Source of the DNA: Octopus sinensis
Taxonomy: Eukaryota
Assembly: GCF_006345805.1 (NCBI RefSeq)
Contig: NC_042997.1
Span: forward strand, 84,754,001-84,818,000
Direction: 5' to 3'
Length of the DNA stretch: 64,000 nt
Every line of letters begins with the position of its first letter. The first letter of the stretch is position 1. Under the pieces are notes generated by a model. The model saw only the letters and a program-made list of their open reading frames with translations, had not been told where the DNA came from and did not search any database. The translations under genes were made by a program, and so were the position numbers. Positions 13,669-28,838 of this stretch are shown one piece after another.

Positions 13669-15628
13669 CCCATATATATATATATATATATATATCAAGC
13701 TTCTATTCACTGAAGAATTCAGCTCTTGACTTCCGATCTATGGAATTATCAGAACTAGGCCGTCTTTGCTGGCCACTTGTCTATGCTCTACCAGAGTTGA
13801 ATTACAGGTAAACCACAATAATATCAACAACAATCATGTGCAGTTACGATAGATATTCCCTTGAAGTTGAACTATCTTCACTCGCCAGAAATTAATAGTG
13901 TTAATTACTCACTTATTGATGCTGGTAAATAAAATTAAACCATCTTATTTGCAAAATTTGGATAAATACATTGGAGCAGTCACCAAAGTCTTAAAGTGTC
14001 TTACGATATTTCTTAGAGAAGAGAGTTTTCAGATGTAATCTTCATAACATTTGCACTGGTAATAACGTCTTATTCCAAATAATTGCTTTCAAATAGGATT
14101 TGAAAAGAAATGGAAGCATCAATTCTCTAATTCTACCTAGATAATCATCTTGTTTTTAATACATGACCGTGTCCATCATGGTTGCATAACACTGGCCAGA
14201 ACTAGTAAAAGAGTTAAACGTTATTGATTTCCTATATTGTCAAAATGTTACACATTTGAAGGTGGTTTAACGGGTGGTGTGTATATTGATTGAATGGACA
14301 CCAGAGTCGCGAAAATCAAACTTGACGGCGGCGGAACTTTAACTGGTATCGATAGAAAGGGTGTGCAGATTTTCGTCTGTCGGTCAATGACTTTTACCAT
14401 TTTACAAGCATATTGATTTCAAATAATTATTGATTGGGTTATGTTGAACACCTAATCAATGGATAATGAAAAAGAAATAAATTGTGTTCGTCAAATATAT
14501 AATTATTAATTGGTTTGCATCAGATAACTAAATCTTCATCAGTTTTAGGTTATCCCCACTAGAAATGGGAACGTATTCAAGCATATAATGATATAAATGA
14601 GCGTGTTAGTGCAATAACAGCAGCCTAGATCCGCTTCAAACCGCAGTATCTGTAATGTCGCTGATATTAGAGTAATGTTTCTTGCTTGTTCGTTTTAGAC
14701 TTTAGACAACACCAGAGGGATTTCTCGACTCCTAATTACTTGGATAATTCTAGTAGATCGAAGGTTTTTAATTCATTATATTGCATATATAATCATTTTC
14801 CGTAATTGTATTTGTTTTTAGCATGCAAAAGAACCCTTCTGGTATTTACCATCTGCCATATTGTTGCTTGTTGTTAATTACTTGACGAAGACTTAAGATT
14901 ACATTTTTTTCAACCTTTCAGTGCCGATAAATTAACTCTAGATATTTGAGCAGTAAATTTTCAGTATCAGTAGAGCATCAGACAAATGTCTTGTGGAATT
15001 TCTTTCGACTCAAATCTCGCTGAGGTCAACTCCGACTGCGGAGTATATTGGGTGGATGTAATCAACAAACTGTCTCCCTTTAAATTGCTAGTCTTGTGCC
15101 TAAACAAGAAACTATCATTAAAATATGTTATTAAGTCGGTTTGAATCACTATAAGTCTGTATCTTTCATTTAGATATATTAAAATCTTCCAAATCATTAT
15201 AAAAATATTACCTCACCATGTCACTCTCAGATGCAGATAACATAACAAATAACGAAAGAATATCCCAAATAAGCCACATCTTATACAAGCAACACAATTC
15301 AATAAATTTAAGAAAAAAAACTTAGTTTTATCAGACATAAGTTTCATAATGTTCTATTTTATTGTATATAAAGAAAGAGGTTAAAGACGATAGAGCCAGT
15401 TACTATTAAAAATGAAAGATTTATTAGTACTGGAGATGTATACGATAATCTAGAATCATGTTGATAAACTATCAGAATGATTCTCTAGCACGTGTGCTTC
15501 TTTCGCAGTCTATATTTAACATGATAAATTAATATTCATTAAACTATATTAAGTAGAAAACATACGGTTTTAGCTTTTCAGGAGAAACAATAAGTAACCT
15601 AATGCTTTCTAAAATAGATACAAAGCCT

Positions 15629-16035
15629 AAGGCAGTGTGTTAGTAGAATCGTTAACATGCTAGGCAAAATAGTTTGCGGCGTTTCGTTTGTCCTTACGGT
15701 CTGAGTTCAAATTCTTCCGACGTCGACTTTGCCTTTCATCCTTTCGGAATCGATAAAATAAGTAGCAGTTGGGCACTTGGGCTGATATAATTGACTTACT
15801 TCTTCCCCTGAAATTGCTGGCCTTGTGCCAAAATTTGAAACCAATATAGATACAAGGCCAAAAATTTGGGTGAAAGCATTAGCCTATGAAATCGAATCCA
15901 GACTGGAACATTATTTCGCCAATCCTGGGAGCATAAAGGCAGAAAGGATCTCAGTGGAATTTCAATGAAAATGTTATGGGTCGTAACTAGATACTACATG
16001 GCATCTTATCTGGTGCTCGAACGATTCTACCGAAA
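15629..16035. mobile_element. Family-1 SINE (+, 15629-15842) tail-to-tail with a degraded copy (-, about 15850-16035)
   Basis: Conserved body motifs and the tail GCCTTGTGCCAAAATTTGAAACC. Confidence 0.75.
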
Positions 16036-16710
16036 TGATTGATTCTTATTCCACTATTGATCTGCTTGTTCTGGTGGGATGATTTGATGTTTAGCAACTA
16101 CAACAACAGCAAAGCTACCAAATATTACTGACTCGTCAAGGAAAAGCAACTGTGACGTGTTATCTTGACCGAATTCAGGTAAATTCCTTCAGTCTACCTG
16201 ATATAAAACATCACGTTTACCAAACAATCCACCGCCATGCTGTATCTAATCAGCTATGGCAGTCATCATTGCTCCTCTAAAAATATTGACAATGGTTCCT
16301 CACACTGACCAGCTGAACCCATTTCAATTTCCATGTTGACAGACATCTTTGTGTCTTACATGCTGTTTATAAACATTTCATTTACATTGCTAAATATCTT
16401 CAGAACATCATGTACGACACATTTTTCTTCTCAAATACTTTTAGGCTTCATGCCTCATGCCTATATCTCACTTCCAGAAGCATGAGACCATCATGTGTTT
16501 TGATTCTCAAATAGAAATGTTTACTTTGAGAAACAAATACAAATGAAAAGCAAATAATTTACACAGTTTCTCATTTTTTCCCTATAATATTGATTTTCGA
16601 CACGTTCGCAAGACCCCAAATTTAATGAAAGGTAGCCGTCGATTATATCAAGTCTAATATCTATAATAACTACCGGGTATTTTATGTTATCGATCCGGAA
16701 TGATAAAATA

Positions 16711-17275
16711 TTGGGTTGTCCGGAAAGTTCGTGCCGATTTTAAAGGAAAGAAAATGGTCAATAAATACTTGTCATTACATTTTTAATCAACCAAATATGA
16801 ACAATTTTGTTGCACAATGCGTCTCCATCTTTCCTATAACTTGAAAATACCCTCTTCCCAGAATTGCGGTGGTTTCATGGCAAAGAATTTATCAAGGTAT
16901 CTTTTTACGTCATCTAAGGAATTGAAATTTTTATCATTAAGACTATTCTGCAGATACCTGGATAAGTGGAAATCCGAAGGAGCAATATCTGGTGAATATG
17001 GAGGGTGGAGTAACACATCCCAGCCGAGCTGCAGCAATTTTTGTCTGGTTCCCAAAGCATCAAGTGCCGAAAATGTACTTTCTTATCTTCCAATTTAAAG
17101 GGTTACAGAATTAACACAGGTTATAAGAACATAAACCTTCTTCCACGAAAAGATAGCTTAAACTGTGCTCTAAATGGAGGTGTAGTCAAATCCTATTTTA
17201 TGGACTTAACCATGTTCTAAAATAAGTCGAAAGATAAGCTACTATAAATCGGCACGAACTTTCCGGACAACCCAA
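16711..17275 (-). mobile_element. Internally deleted (non-autonomous) mariner transposon, 565 bp
   Basis: Perfect 30-bp TIRs TTGGGTTGTCCGGAAAGTTCGTGCCGATTT at 16711-16740 and 17246-17275, with TA on both outer sides. The N-terminal EDKKVHFRHLMLWE is joined to the C-terminal GTRQKLLQLGWDVLLHPPYSPDIAPSDFHL...FWEEGIFKL. Confidence 0.95.
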
Positions 17276-17800
17276 TATAGAGTTAACTGCAGTAGGATTT
17301 TAATCTCAGAAAGTAATGGGCTGCAACTAAATACAACCAAGAATTCTTCCTAAGTTCTGCTGATTCTGTCAAAACAAAACTACATGATGATGTTTCATAT
17401 TAACAAAAATACTATCATATATATCTCTCTCTTTCCCTTTCCCTTTCCCTCTCTCTCAACCTCTCTTCCCTTTTCTCTCTCCCTCTCTCACACACCCACA
17501 CACACAAACACTCACTCTCTCATCCTTTCTACCGTACGTATTGTATATAAACATTATATTCACACACGTATGCATATATACACATATATGCATACAAACA
17601 CACAGAGGCACATACCTACATACGTATACACATACATATGTACATACATACATATATATACATGCGTACATACATACATCCATACATACATGCATATATA
17701 TACATACATACATCCATATATATACATACATAGATCCATACATACATGCATATATATACATGCGTACATACATACATCCATACATACATGCATACACACA

Positions 17801-17853
<53 letters not shown>

Positions 17854-17864
17854 GTCCATCTATC

Positions 17865-17945
<81 letters not shown>

Positions 17946-18487
17946 TAGAGAAAAACCACTATTATGTAATTCAAATAATGATAGACATAAACCAAATCAT
18001 TAAAAAATATATAAAAAACATATAACTAGATCACAAAAAGTACAAAAAATGAATAAACAATATATAATAAGTAAAAAGACTACGTACGTTTCGTGGCTAT
18101 AACTTCAATTCGAATTACAATTAAATTTAAATTTAATCGAAAAACAATTCAATTTAAAATTATAATCACTCCTCAGGTCAACAGCAATAACAATATTAGT
18201 TAAATAAATAATCAAATAGAATTAAACAATATTTCTTAAATAAAATCATGATTGTTCTTATTGAAGAAACTCCGTTAACTAAATTTGAAACTTAAAAAGT
18301 AGGACCAGATGTCTATAATACATTTATCAAGTTAAAAACCTAAGGTAAAAAAATAGAGTAAATAGATAGAAAAATGTATATATCTGTGAAGATATATTTT
18401 AGCTTTGAGATTAACATTAACAAACTATAGAATACCTTTTCACTAGCTATACTCTAATAATGGTGATCATATGGGATCATATGATTG

Positions 18488-19767
18488 TTCGTTAATTTCC
18501 GTGAAATTTTAAAATGTTTATTCTTTGAAGAGAGCAGAAATTGAAAGTGATGAGAAAGTGGAAAGGCGCATTTGCTTTGATATGAGAAAAGAAAATGAAA
18601 GATATATGTACGTTTATATCAAATGGGTTTGTGTGGGCATGTATGCGTGTGTGTGTCATGTATGCGGGTGTATGTGAGAGAGTGAGTGAAGGTGTGTGTT
18701 GTCATGTATGTATTTTCTGCATGTATGTGTAAGTAGCACTCTCTCTCTCTCTCTCTCTCATTCTCACATATTATCTTTCATATACACGTACATAAATACA
18801 TATGCATACATCTCTTTTGTATCTATGTGTGCGTGTGCATGTGGGAGAGAAAGTGAGTGATTGTATTTCCTCATAACATATAGAGAAATGGATGTCTTTT
18901 AAGGTACACACACATATAGAAAATGTGATGTCATCGTCGTTGTTGCATAAAATGTCGTTTAGGATAGTTAAATTATAGAAAGATAATAGTGTTAAATTTT
19001 TGTAATGCAACTATGTAAAGGAAAATGAAGTTTATTTGTTAGCCGAAAGATTATTGAATTTTTTGACACTCCATATGTCAAAATCAGCAACTCAGTTTTC
19101 GAATGTATTCGCTAATTTCCTTAAAGAATATTTTTATTTCGTTATGCTTTGAAGAGAGCGGAAATTGAAAGAGAAGAAAATGAAACCACTATATTTGCTT
19201 TGAAGTGAGAGCAGAAAGTGAAAGATGTATGTACGTGTATATGAAATGGACGTGTGTGTGTGCGGATGTACGTGCGTATGTGTGTGTGTGCGTGTGTGCG
19301 TGTGCGTGTATGCGTGTGCGTGTCCATGAGAGAGGAGAGGCAGAGTGAGTGAAAGTGTGTGTTTTCATGTAAGTGTAACTGGCACTCACTCACACTGTCT
19401 GTCTGTCTGTCTGTCTGTCTCACTCTCTGATTCATACTCACACATCTTTCATATACACATACATAAATACATATGCATACATCCATTTTGGATATATGTG
19501 TGCGCGTGCATGTGAGAGATTGTGCGAGTGATCGTATTTCTTCATAACATATAGAGAAAAGAAATGGATGGATTTTAAGGTACACTCATATAGAAAACTT
19601 GACGTCGTTGTCGTTGACATCGTGGTATAAATGTTTACGATAGATCATAATGTAAAATATTTGCAATGCAAATATGTAAATGAAAATAAAGCTTATTTGG
19701 TAGTCGAAAGATTACTGAATCTTTTGATACCCCATACGTCAAAATCGGCAACTCATTTTTCGAATGC
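18488..19767. repeat. Local tandem duplication, two diverged units (620 and 660 bp)
   Basis: Units 18488-19107 and 19108-19767 both start TTCG(T/C)TAATTTCC and end TTTTCGAATG(T/C)A, with colinear internal blocks. Confidence 0.9.
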
Positions 19768-19949
19768 ATAAGGTAGATACTGCACACACGCAACACACAC
19801 ATACAAACAAACTCTCTTTTATATATATGGAAGTGTCCCTGTCCGCCGTTCTCTCGGTCTGTCTCTCACATTCCCTCTGTGTCTATCTGTTCCTGTCTCC
19901 TTCCCTTCCCTGATATCAGTTACCCTCATTATGCCATATTCTCCTGAAC

Positions 19950-20154
19950 CTAAAGCCTTTGGTACCCCGCTCATTTTATCATGTAATAGCCCAGTCCCCG
20001 TAGTCAGTCCAATTATTATTGAAATCCAATTTGCCTGTTATTGAACTGGATATTAGTTCAACATGTGAACAAAGTTTGGTGAAGATTGGTTCCCTGGTTT
20101 GGGCAGCAAGATGGTAAAAGACAGACGGACAGAAATTGCCATTTATATATAGGA
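19950..20154 (-). mobile_element. Short Helitron-like non-autonomous element
   Basis: The minus strand begins A^TCCTATATATAAATGGCAATTTCTGTCCGTCTGTC...CCAATCTTCACCAAACTTTG, the same architecture as the 46729 start. The 3' end is degenerate. Confidence 0.45.
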
Positions 20155-20452
20155 TAGTATAAATGCGATCACATACATTCATACAAAAAAATTCACACAC
20201 ACATATATATATATATATACATTCATACAAAGTTACACAGACGCACATACACACACACAGGCAAACAGGCACACACATGCAGGCACACACACAATATATA
20301 TATATTTACACTCATACAAAGAAATTCACGCACACGCTCACACAGAGACAAGGCGAAAGTGAGTGTGTATAAATAAATTTACAGGCATGTTTCTTTACAA
20401 GTATACACAATAGACTGACACCTACAAACACGCATGCACACACACACACACA

Positions 20453-20493
<41 letters not shown>

Positions 20494-21084
20494 CACACAC
20501 TTACACATGTAGATGTTCGTACTTCTTCGAGCGTGCATCTCTTTCTCTCTCTCTCTCTCTCTAACTCTCTCTGTATGCCTTTACATATGAGAAAGCTGTT
20601 AGTTGCTGATCCCGATATTTTTATGGAAATGGCAGCGACCTGATAGTCTATTGCGTTATTGCACCGCTAGCTTATGAATGATGGATAGCGTTCTTGGAGC
20701 AGTACTTTTTATATTTTTACATACGAAATGCTGAAACATTAAGCAGTCTTCTATGGATGATCTTTTACCCTTATTGCACATCATACAGGGTTATCCATTC
20801 TGTTTGTGGAGTGTGAATGCATTCCCTCATAATGGCCTACGTCATTTTTTCCCCGCCATTGCGAAAGGATGTTACAAAATCACTATTTCTCTCTTTGTTT
20901 TTATGTTCTCCACTATTTATTTCGTGGGTTTGAATTTGTATTCAAATGTTTTGTCGGGTTGTGTGGATGGTTCGTTGATAATATAATATGTGTAGTATGT
21001 GTACACATAATACAAACATACATATATACCATACACATACGTATATATGATATATATTATACATATAATATATAGATATATACA

Positions 21085-21116
<32 letters not shown>

Positions 21117-21454
21117 CCTATATATTTAATATATATATGCATGTATGTATTATATATATATACATGTATTGCATATATATATATAAATATATATATATGT
21201 ATATATATATGCATGTATGTATACATACATATATACGTATGTATAAATGGTATATATGTATATATATACCATATGTATGTAAATGTATATTTGATAGTCT
21301 ATATATATATATGTGTTTGTGTGTGTATGTTCCACTATAGTAATCATTCACATAAATAACTGTAGGTTCTAGTAATACTTTTGACAAAGTTAGCTGCTGC
21401 TACTACTGCTACTGCTGCAATTATTACTACTACTACTACTGCTACTACTATACT

Positions 21455-21500
<46 letters not shown>

Positions 21501-21541
21501 GAATGATAATAAAAATACAAATAATAATAATAATAATGATG

Positions 21542-21618
<77 letters not shown>

Positions 21619-21707
21619 GATAATTCGTTGTTGCATTTATATTCATATTTCTTTCAGCAGCTTTTTTTGTATTATATTTGGTGCAAGACGGTAATTTTCA
21701 ACTGCCA

Positions 21708-21819
<112 letters not shown>

Positions 21820-21823
21820 GGTG

Positions 21824-21858
<35 letters not shown>

Positions 21859-22260
21859 CTATATATATACACATATATGTATATATACACATATGTACAT
21901 GCATACATAGATACATATATGTATATATACAAACATGGATATATAATATAATATAACATAATATATGAAGAGTGGAGAGAGGACCACAAATGCATGCACA
22001 TATGCACACATATACAAATATATGTGCACGGTGTGTTTACTATATTTTTTGCGTGTTTACTGAACCTTTTGTGTAAAGGGCTCGAATATGTAAGCATACA
22101 AGAACACACATACGAACAATCAAGCACATACGCGCGCACACAGACACACATACATACGCACGTGCATATACTATTTAGAGCATAATCATATATATTGCGC
22201 GTATACATTTATAAACGCTTATATATTCACACACATATGTACGTGTGTATTAATGTATGC

Positions 22261-22292
<32 letters not shown>

Positions 22293-23043
22293 ATATAGGT
22301 ATGTATGTATATATGAATTTATGTATGTATGTATGTAATATGATCAGCATATGCATAGCTGTTCGAATTGAATAACAGAATAAATGTGGCACCAGCAACA
22401 TAAGTTTCGTTCGTACCATATTTTTTCCTTTCTTATTTTAATTTTTTTCTTAGCCTTTATAACTTTTACTTGTTTATTTTTTGCCTATTAATTGTTAACT
22501 TCTTCATAAAGATGACTATTTTTGATGTGAGGTAAAAATGAAAAAAAAAAATTGCTTCAAAAATTACTGCAATATTTCTTTGGATTGATATATAAATCAA
22601 ACCATTTCTCTATCGAAAACGTCTAAATAAGTTTAGAATATGGTAAACTCTAAGATAAAATGCAAAATAATAATAAAAAAACATCTTCATACAAAAAAAA
22701 AAATAAGAAAGAAAATGGGAATAAAATAGCGAAAGTTTCAGAATAGCATTCAGCAAAAGCAACAGGAATTCAAATATAACATTGATATTATACATTTTAC
22801 TAGCATAACAAATGAGAAGGGAAAAGATAGAGAGAAATACACGGAAATGACGAACAACCGACAGCAGCGTTGACGACGACCACGACTGTATATATTTGAA
22901 AAATTCAATGTTATTTATATTACAAAAAAATAACCATTTTTCAAAATATGTATGAATAATACATACACACACACCATCACACACACAAACACATACATAT
23001 ATGTGAGAGAGAGAGAGAGAGGGGGGAGGGAGTCTGTCTGTGA

Positions 23044-23075
<32 letters not shown>

Positions 23076-23148
23076 GCATATTATATTATATATATATATT
23101 ATACATAAGTATATATGTATGTATATATACATTCATATAATATATACA

Positions 23149-23211
<63 letters not shown>

Positions 23212-25026
23212 TCTACATATATAATATGTATTATATACATACATACATACCTACACACACACATATATATGGGCCCAGTTTACTGCATAGAACATGTATA
23301 TAGCAACAGATTCAATATTTCATTGATTCTTGAAAAAAAATGAAATTCAGCTGACAAGATTCGAATATGGGAGATTGACCGTTTCTAAGATACTGATAGA
23401 AGCTTCTGTAAGATACCCCTTATTTTATACATTGTAATATTATTGAGTCGGATAATATTGAAACATAAAAATAAGAATGCGCATCCACTGCTGTTCTGAC
23501 AACTGTTTTTGCTTTTTGTTCTATTTACCCATCTGAAAACCGGCGGCGCGATAGTGTATCTCTGGGAAACATATTTAATATCAATACGTAGAAATCTAAT
23601 CCAATCAGTTGATTGTGTGCATGCATGCATGTGTACTAGTGTGTGTCCGTGCACGCATATGTGTTTGTATGTGCTTGTTTATATACAAACACACACATAT
23701 ATACAACGCCATTTATATAGGTGTGTGTGAATATAGATGTGCGTGCGAGCGAGGTGGGGGAAGAATAATTACAAGGCAATGTTCCATTCCTTTTGCTGTT
23801 AATTAATTCCAAAGTCCAATCTTTATATCATTTTAAAATACAGAACGTACTCAAAAACAAACTATCAAAATCAGGTTATTTTAAAATACATCATTACAAA
23901 TTCCAAAATATACCATGCATTCAAACATATATTACTACAAATCACTTTATGATTATGCCTTCCAAAACCATTTTTTCATTCAAATTGTTTCCTAATACCC
24001 TATCAAACATCCCAAAACACATAATTACAAAATCACGTAATTTAATACACGAATGTACATAATTATAAACCGGTTTCACTTCTTTTGGAGATATTCATTG
24101 TAATTTGTGTGTAGACATGCACAAGCACACGTGCACACATAATACACATACTCACACATATACACACATACACACGCATGTAGTCACCCTCGCTTTACAC
24201 GGCACTTGGGTTGCACGGTTTCAATTTGTCATAGCTTTGGATTTTGTCTAATTTTGCATTTTTTATCTCCGTATACAGAAACATGTTCTCGTTTCGTTTT
24301 TTTCATTTTCCTGCTATGGTACTATCATTTAATTTCTGCGATACTGGATTAGACCATACTGTAAGCTTACACTTAAAGGATAATTAGTTGTTTATGTAAA
24401 AATTTTCAAGGTTGAATAACAGTTTCAAATGTGAAGAAAGTCGATTCGCAAAGTAACTATCAGAACATTAAGGAAACGAAATACAAAGTCAGTTCTAGAA
24501 TATTGGCTGGATTTTCAATAACCATCAATCATGCACCACATAACATTTTCTAAACAAAGGAAAAAGTTCTATTATTTTGGATAGAAATATTACTCGACAT
24601 TAGGACAGTACCCATATGTGTGTGTGTGTGTTCGTGTGGGTGTGTATACATATATATGTATAATATCATAAACAATAATCGTTTTAATTATCCCCACTAC
24701 AATAAATAATTGTCTAAATTTTGTTTGTTTTCCTTAATAACATTAATTAAAACATTATCTTCCGCATTTTACATGTTTTCGATTTTTCATGGTGGCTCTT
24801 CTTTAATGACTTAAAAAAGGAAGTTCGTAACTGAATGGGTAATATGGTCCTGAATATACAATGTCTAAACAATGTGATAGGGTGGTCATCGCTAGAACAT
24901 TTTTAATTTTAAGTCTCCTAACATCTTAGTTCTTAATAAAAAGTGGAGTAGCAATTAAGAATCTTGTTTTAACTCTAAATCATCCCTGAGCATAATGTCT
25001 CAACTATGACTATTTCTAAGTTTATT

Positions 25027-25083
<57 letters not shown>

Positions 25084-25596
25084 TGCGTGTGTGTGTGTAT
25101 CTGTGTGCCTCTCGGGTTAATTTTCCTTTCCACCTCTCTCTAGCACTCCCACAATCTGTCTCTCACTCCCTCTTTCCTCCCTCTGAGTTCTACATATAAC
25201 TAATACTAATACAAACGTTTCGATTATTATCAGTATTTAAATGACCGTAGTTTAATCAGATTCAAGTTTTCTGATTGTCTAAATTGCTAAGATTAAAATC
25301 TGCGATTAATAGGGTCCCTACAAACATCTGTCAACAGCGTGGCCATCTGATTTTCTTTTCCTTTATCTATACATACACACACAAATACAAATGTATCAAT
25401 ACCACATATACACACATACCCTCATAGCCGGACGCCAACACTTTTTTCTGCAAAATAGGGGTAGCTTATCCTCTTCAGGCTATATTATTAGCATTATCCT
25501 GCGTTTGAGAATTTAAAATCATTTCTTTAACTTTCTAAGACATCTCAACGCTTCTAAAGCAAACTTCGTTTGTTTGTTTACGTTCATCGTAATTTG

Positions 25597-25629
<33 letters not shown>

Positions 25630-25631
<2 letters not shown>

Positions 25632-25830
25632 AGGCGACTCCAGGTCATGAGCATCACTCGGGCTCATCACAAATTTTGGTTAAGACACATGCCTTCTCGA
25701 AGAATTTCATGTTTCTCCGCTTTATATCTAACTCCAAATGGCTTATTTTTTCATATCTAGCAAACTATGTCTTTTTCTATTTCTAATTAAGGGTGAAATA
25801 AACACCCAACAAAACACAACTGATCTTATG
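25630..25830 (+). repeat. Unclassified ~200-bp dispersed repeat, second copy at about 45666-45865
   Basis: Shared AGGCGACTC.AGGTCAT.AGC.TCACTCGG.CTCATCACA...CTCGAAGAATTTCA...CCAAATGGCTTA...ACAC A.CTGATCTT. Confidence 0.8.
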
Positions 25831-25935
25831 TGGAGATAAGAACAACAAAGCTGGTTGTCAAGGGTTGTCACGCAGGCAAATACACACACACACACAAAAC
25901 ATATATGTATGTGTGTATATATATCATATATATAT

Positions 25936-25994
<59 letters not shown>

Positions 25995-26026
25995 TAATAT
26001 ATATATATATATATTTAATTATATAT

Positions 26027-26286
<260 letters not shown>

Positions 26287-26914
26287 CACACTCACGTGTG
26301 TGTGTACATATATATGCCAGTGCGTGTGTGTGCATGTATGTGTGTGTGTGTAGTTTGCATCCGTCATGATCAGGCTCAAATATGTCGTGTATATATATAT
26401 ATAATTACCATGCACATATGTATTTTCATGTTTATACACACACACGCGCACACATTCACACACACATTTACACATACACACACATACATATAATATACAT
26501 ACATATAATAAGTATGTACATATGTGTATATCTATCTCTCAGTTTCTCCATTTACTTCATTTCCGTCCGTTTTATTTTCTATATTACTTCATTTGCACTT
26601 TATATTCTTTCTTTTTATTGTCATTCTTTTAGTTGACATTTCAAGTGTAATACTTTCCATTCATTTTGTACATCTTTAGTGCAGAAGGTTATTCAGTACA
26701 TGATATAAGGTACCTTATGAAATCTTTCTGGAAAAGTGCATGTTATAAGTAAAAAAGGATATCCCAGATAAAGGTTAAAAGCAAACCCTGCAGTTTCATT
26801 TTACAGTTTCGATTCCCTTTTGTGTTCTGTTCATTTCATCTACGTAAGAGAAAGTCATGAACATCTCACAATCCTAACTATACAGATTTTTAAGTGTATC
26901 CGAGAGCTTGTGTT

Positions 26915-26993
<79 letters not shown>

Positions 26994-27000
26994 CATATTA

Positions 27001-27387
27001 CTCTTTTTACTCTTTTACTTGTTTCAGTCTGTGACTGTGGCCATGCTGGAGCACCGCCTTTAGTCGGTCAAATCAACCCCAGGACTTATTCTTTGTAAAC
27101 CTAGTACTTATTTTATCGGTCTCTTTTTTGCCGAACCGCTAAGTTACGGGGACGTAAACACACCAACATCGGTTGTCAAGCGATGTTGGGGGGGGAACAG
27201 ACACACAAACACGCACACACACACATACATATATATATACGACGGGATTCTTTCAGTTTCCGTCAACCAAATGCACTCACAAGGCTTTGGTCGGCCCGAG
27301 GCTATAGTAGAAGGTGCCACGCAGTGGGACTGAACCGGAACCATGTGTTTCGTAAGCAAGCCACTTACCACACAGCCACTCCTACGC

Positions 27388-27389
<2 letters not shown>
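27001..27389 (-). mobile_element. Family-2 SINE
   Basis: Complete tail to head (CACAGCCACTCCTACGCC). Confidence 0.9.
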
Positions 27390-27453
<64 letters not shown>

Positions 27454-27484
27454 GTCTATCTATCTATCTATCTATATCTATCTA

Positions 27485-27547
<63 letters not shown>

Positions 27548-28838
27548 ATAATGTATGTATGTATTTTATGTATGTATATATATACACACACATAATGAAC
27601 ATTTATTGTGAAACTCTGGAAAAGAGGTACCTTATGCCGTTTCGACGATTTCGTCTTTCTTTCCGAATCTACGCCGTTTTAATTTTAAGATATTAATGGA
27701 AAAATAAACTGCAACTTCAGTCGATTTATCTGACTTAACGTCGGTTTTGCGAACATATTTAAACAAGTATTAAAGAAAAAGAAGCAACTAAAGATCAGTC
27801 CTGAAGTGGAAAATCAAATAAAATGCATGCGAAACTACGTACAAACCATTTATTAAAACTGATATACGCTAATATATTTTAAAATATTTTTTTGTTTGTT
27901 TGTGTTACGATATTCTTTAAGTTTAGTTGCATGTATTAGAACTAGTAACTGGTGTAAGTTTAGAGTATACTGAATTATTGTAGAGAAAAAGACATGTTGT
28001 TATTCATTTCAAAAAATATATATTTAAAATAAATTACATGCAAATTACTGGAGAAGATTTAACGGATATATTTCCATCAAAATGCGTGGCTTGCACTCAT
28101 GTTTGAGATCGGAATTTAGCCATTGTTTAACTCCAAGGAGCTTCTTCATGCACTCCAAGACTGGCAAATTCGGTGCATTTTATGTTCAGTGCCAATATCT
28201 GTGGTCTGCTGTACACATTAATTAAATAAATTTATATATATATGTAAATTAAATAAAGAGATACAGTTGGCAATCCAATAGTTTATGTTATAACATAATA
28301 TACTATGAATACAATATAATATAATATGATATAATATAATATAATATAACATTACAAAATCATTAAAAAATCAAAATAGCCAACAATTTGTTTCGACTTA
28401 TATACATTTTTTGATATATAAACAATTCACTTCACATATAAAAGTTTTATTAGTCTTGTAAAAGGTGTTAGTCGATGGAGGGTTTGTTTGAAATTACTTA
28501 AAAGTTGGGAATGTGTTTTCTTTCTTCATTTTTTTCCTTTTTTTTCTTCTCTCTTCCTGTTTGTGATTTGACCTTACAAACACATTCCCAACTTTTAAGT
28601 CACTTTAAAAAATCCCTCCATCGCTTAACACCTTTTACAAGACTCTATGCTTGGAATGACCAATTATAAGCAACACACACCCAAGGTACAGGAAAATTAT
28701 ATATACACCATTCTGCTCAAATAATGAAACTACGGATACAATATCCTTACGTATCTCACTTCTATTTTCCTTTCTCCACTTCACTCTGTATTTCATATCT
28801 TCTCTATAATAACTACTGCTTAACCATTTTCTCGCACC

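Noticed and set aside
13840-14420. Possible Helitron helicase C-terminal remnant on the minus strand
   Set aside because: Motif resemblance is too weak to support without a profile search.
16050-16520. Possible LINE RT remnant on the minus strand
   Set aside because: Only faint KTK.M and YLG-like traces, with no clear catalytic motif.
23790-24060. G-poor stretch resembling a mitochondrial insertion (numt)
   Set aside because: Only a vague AWY..FV likeness to cox3, with no sustained mitochondrial reading frame.
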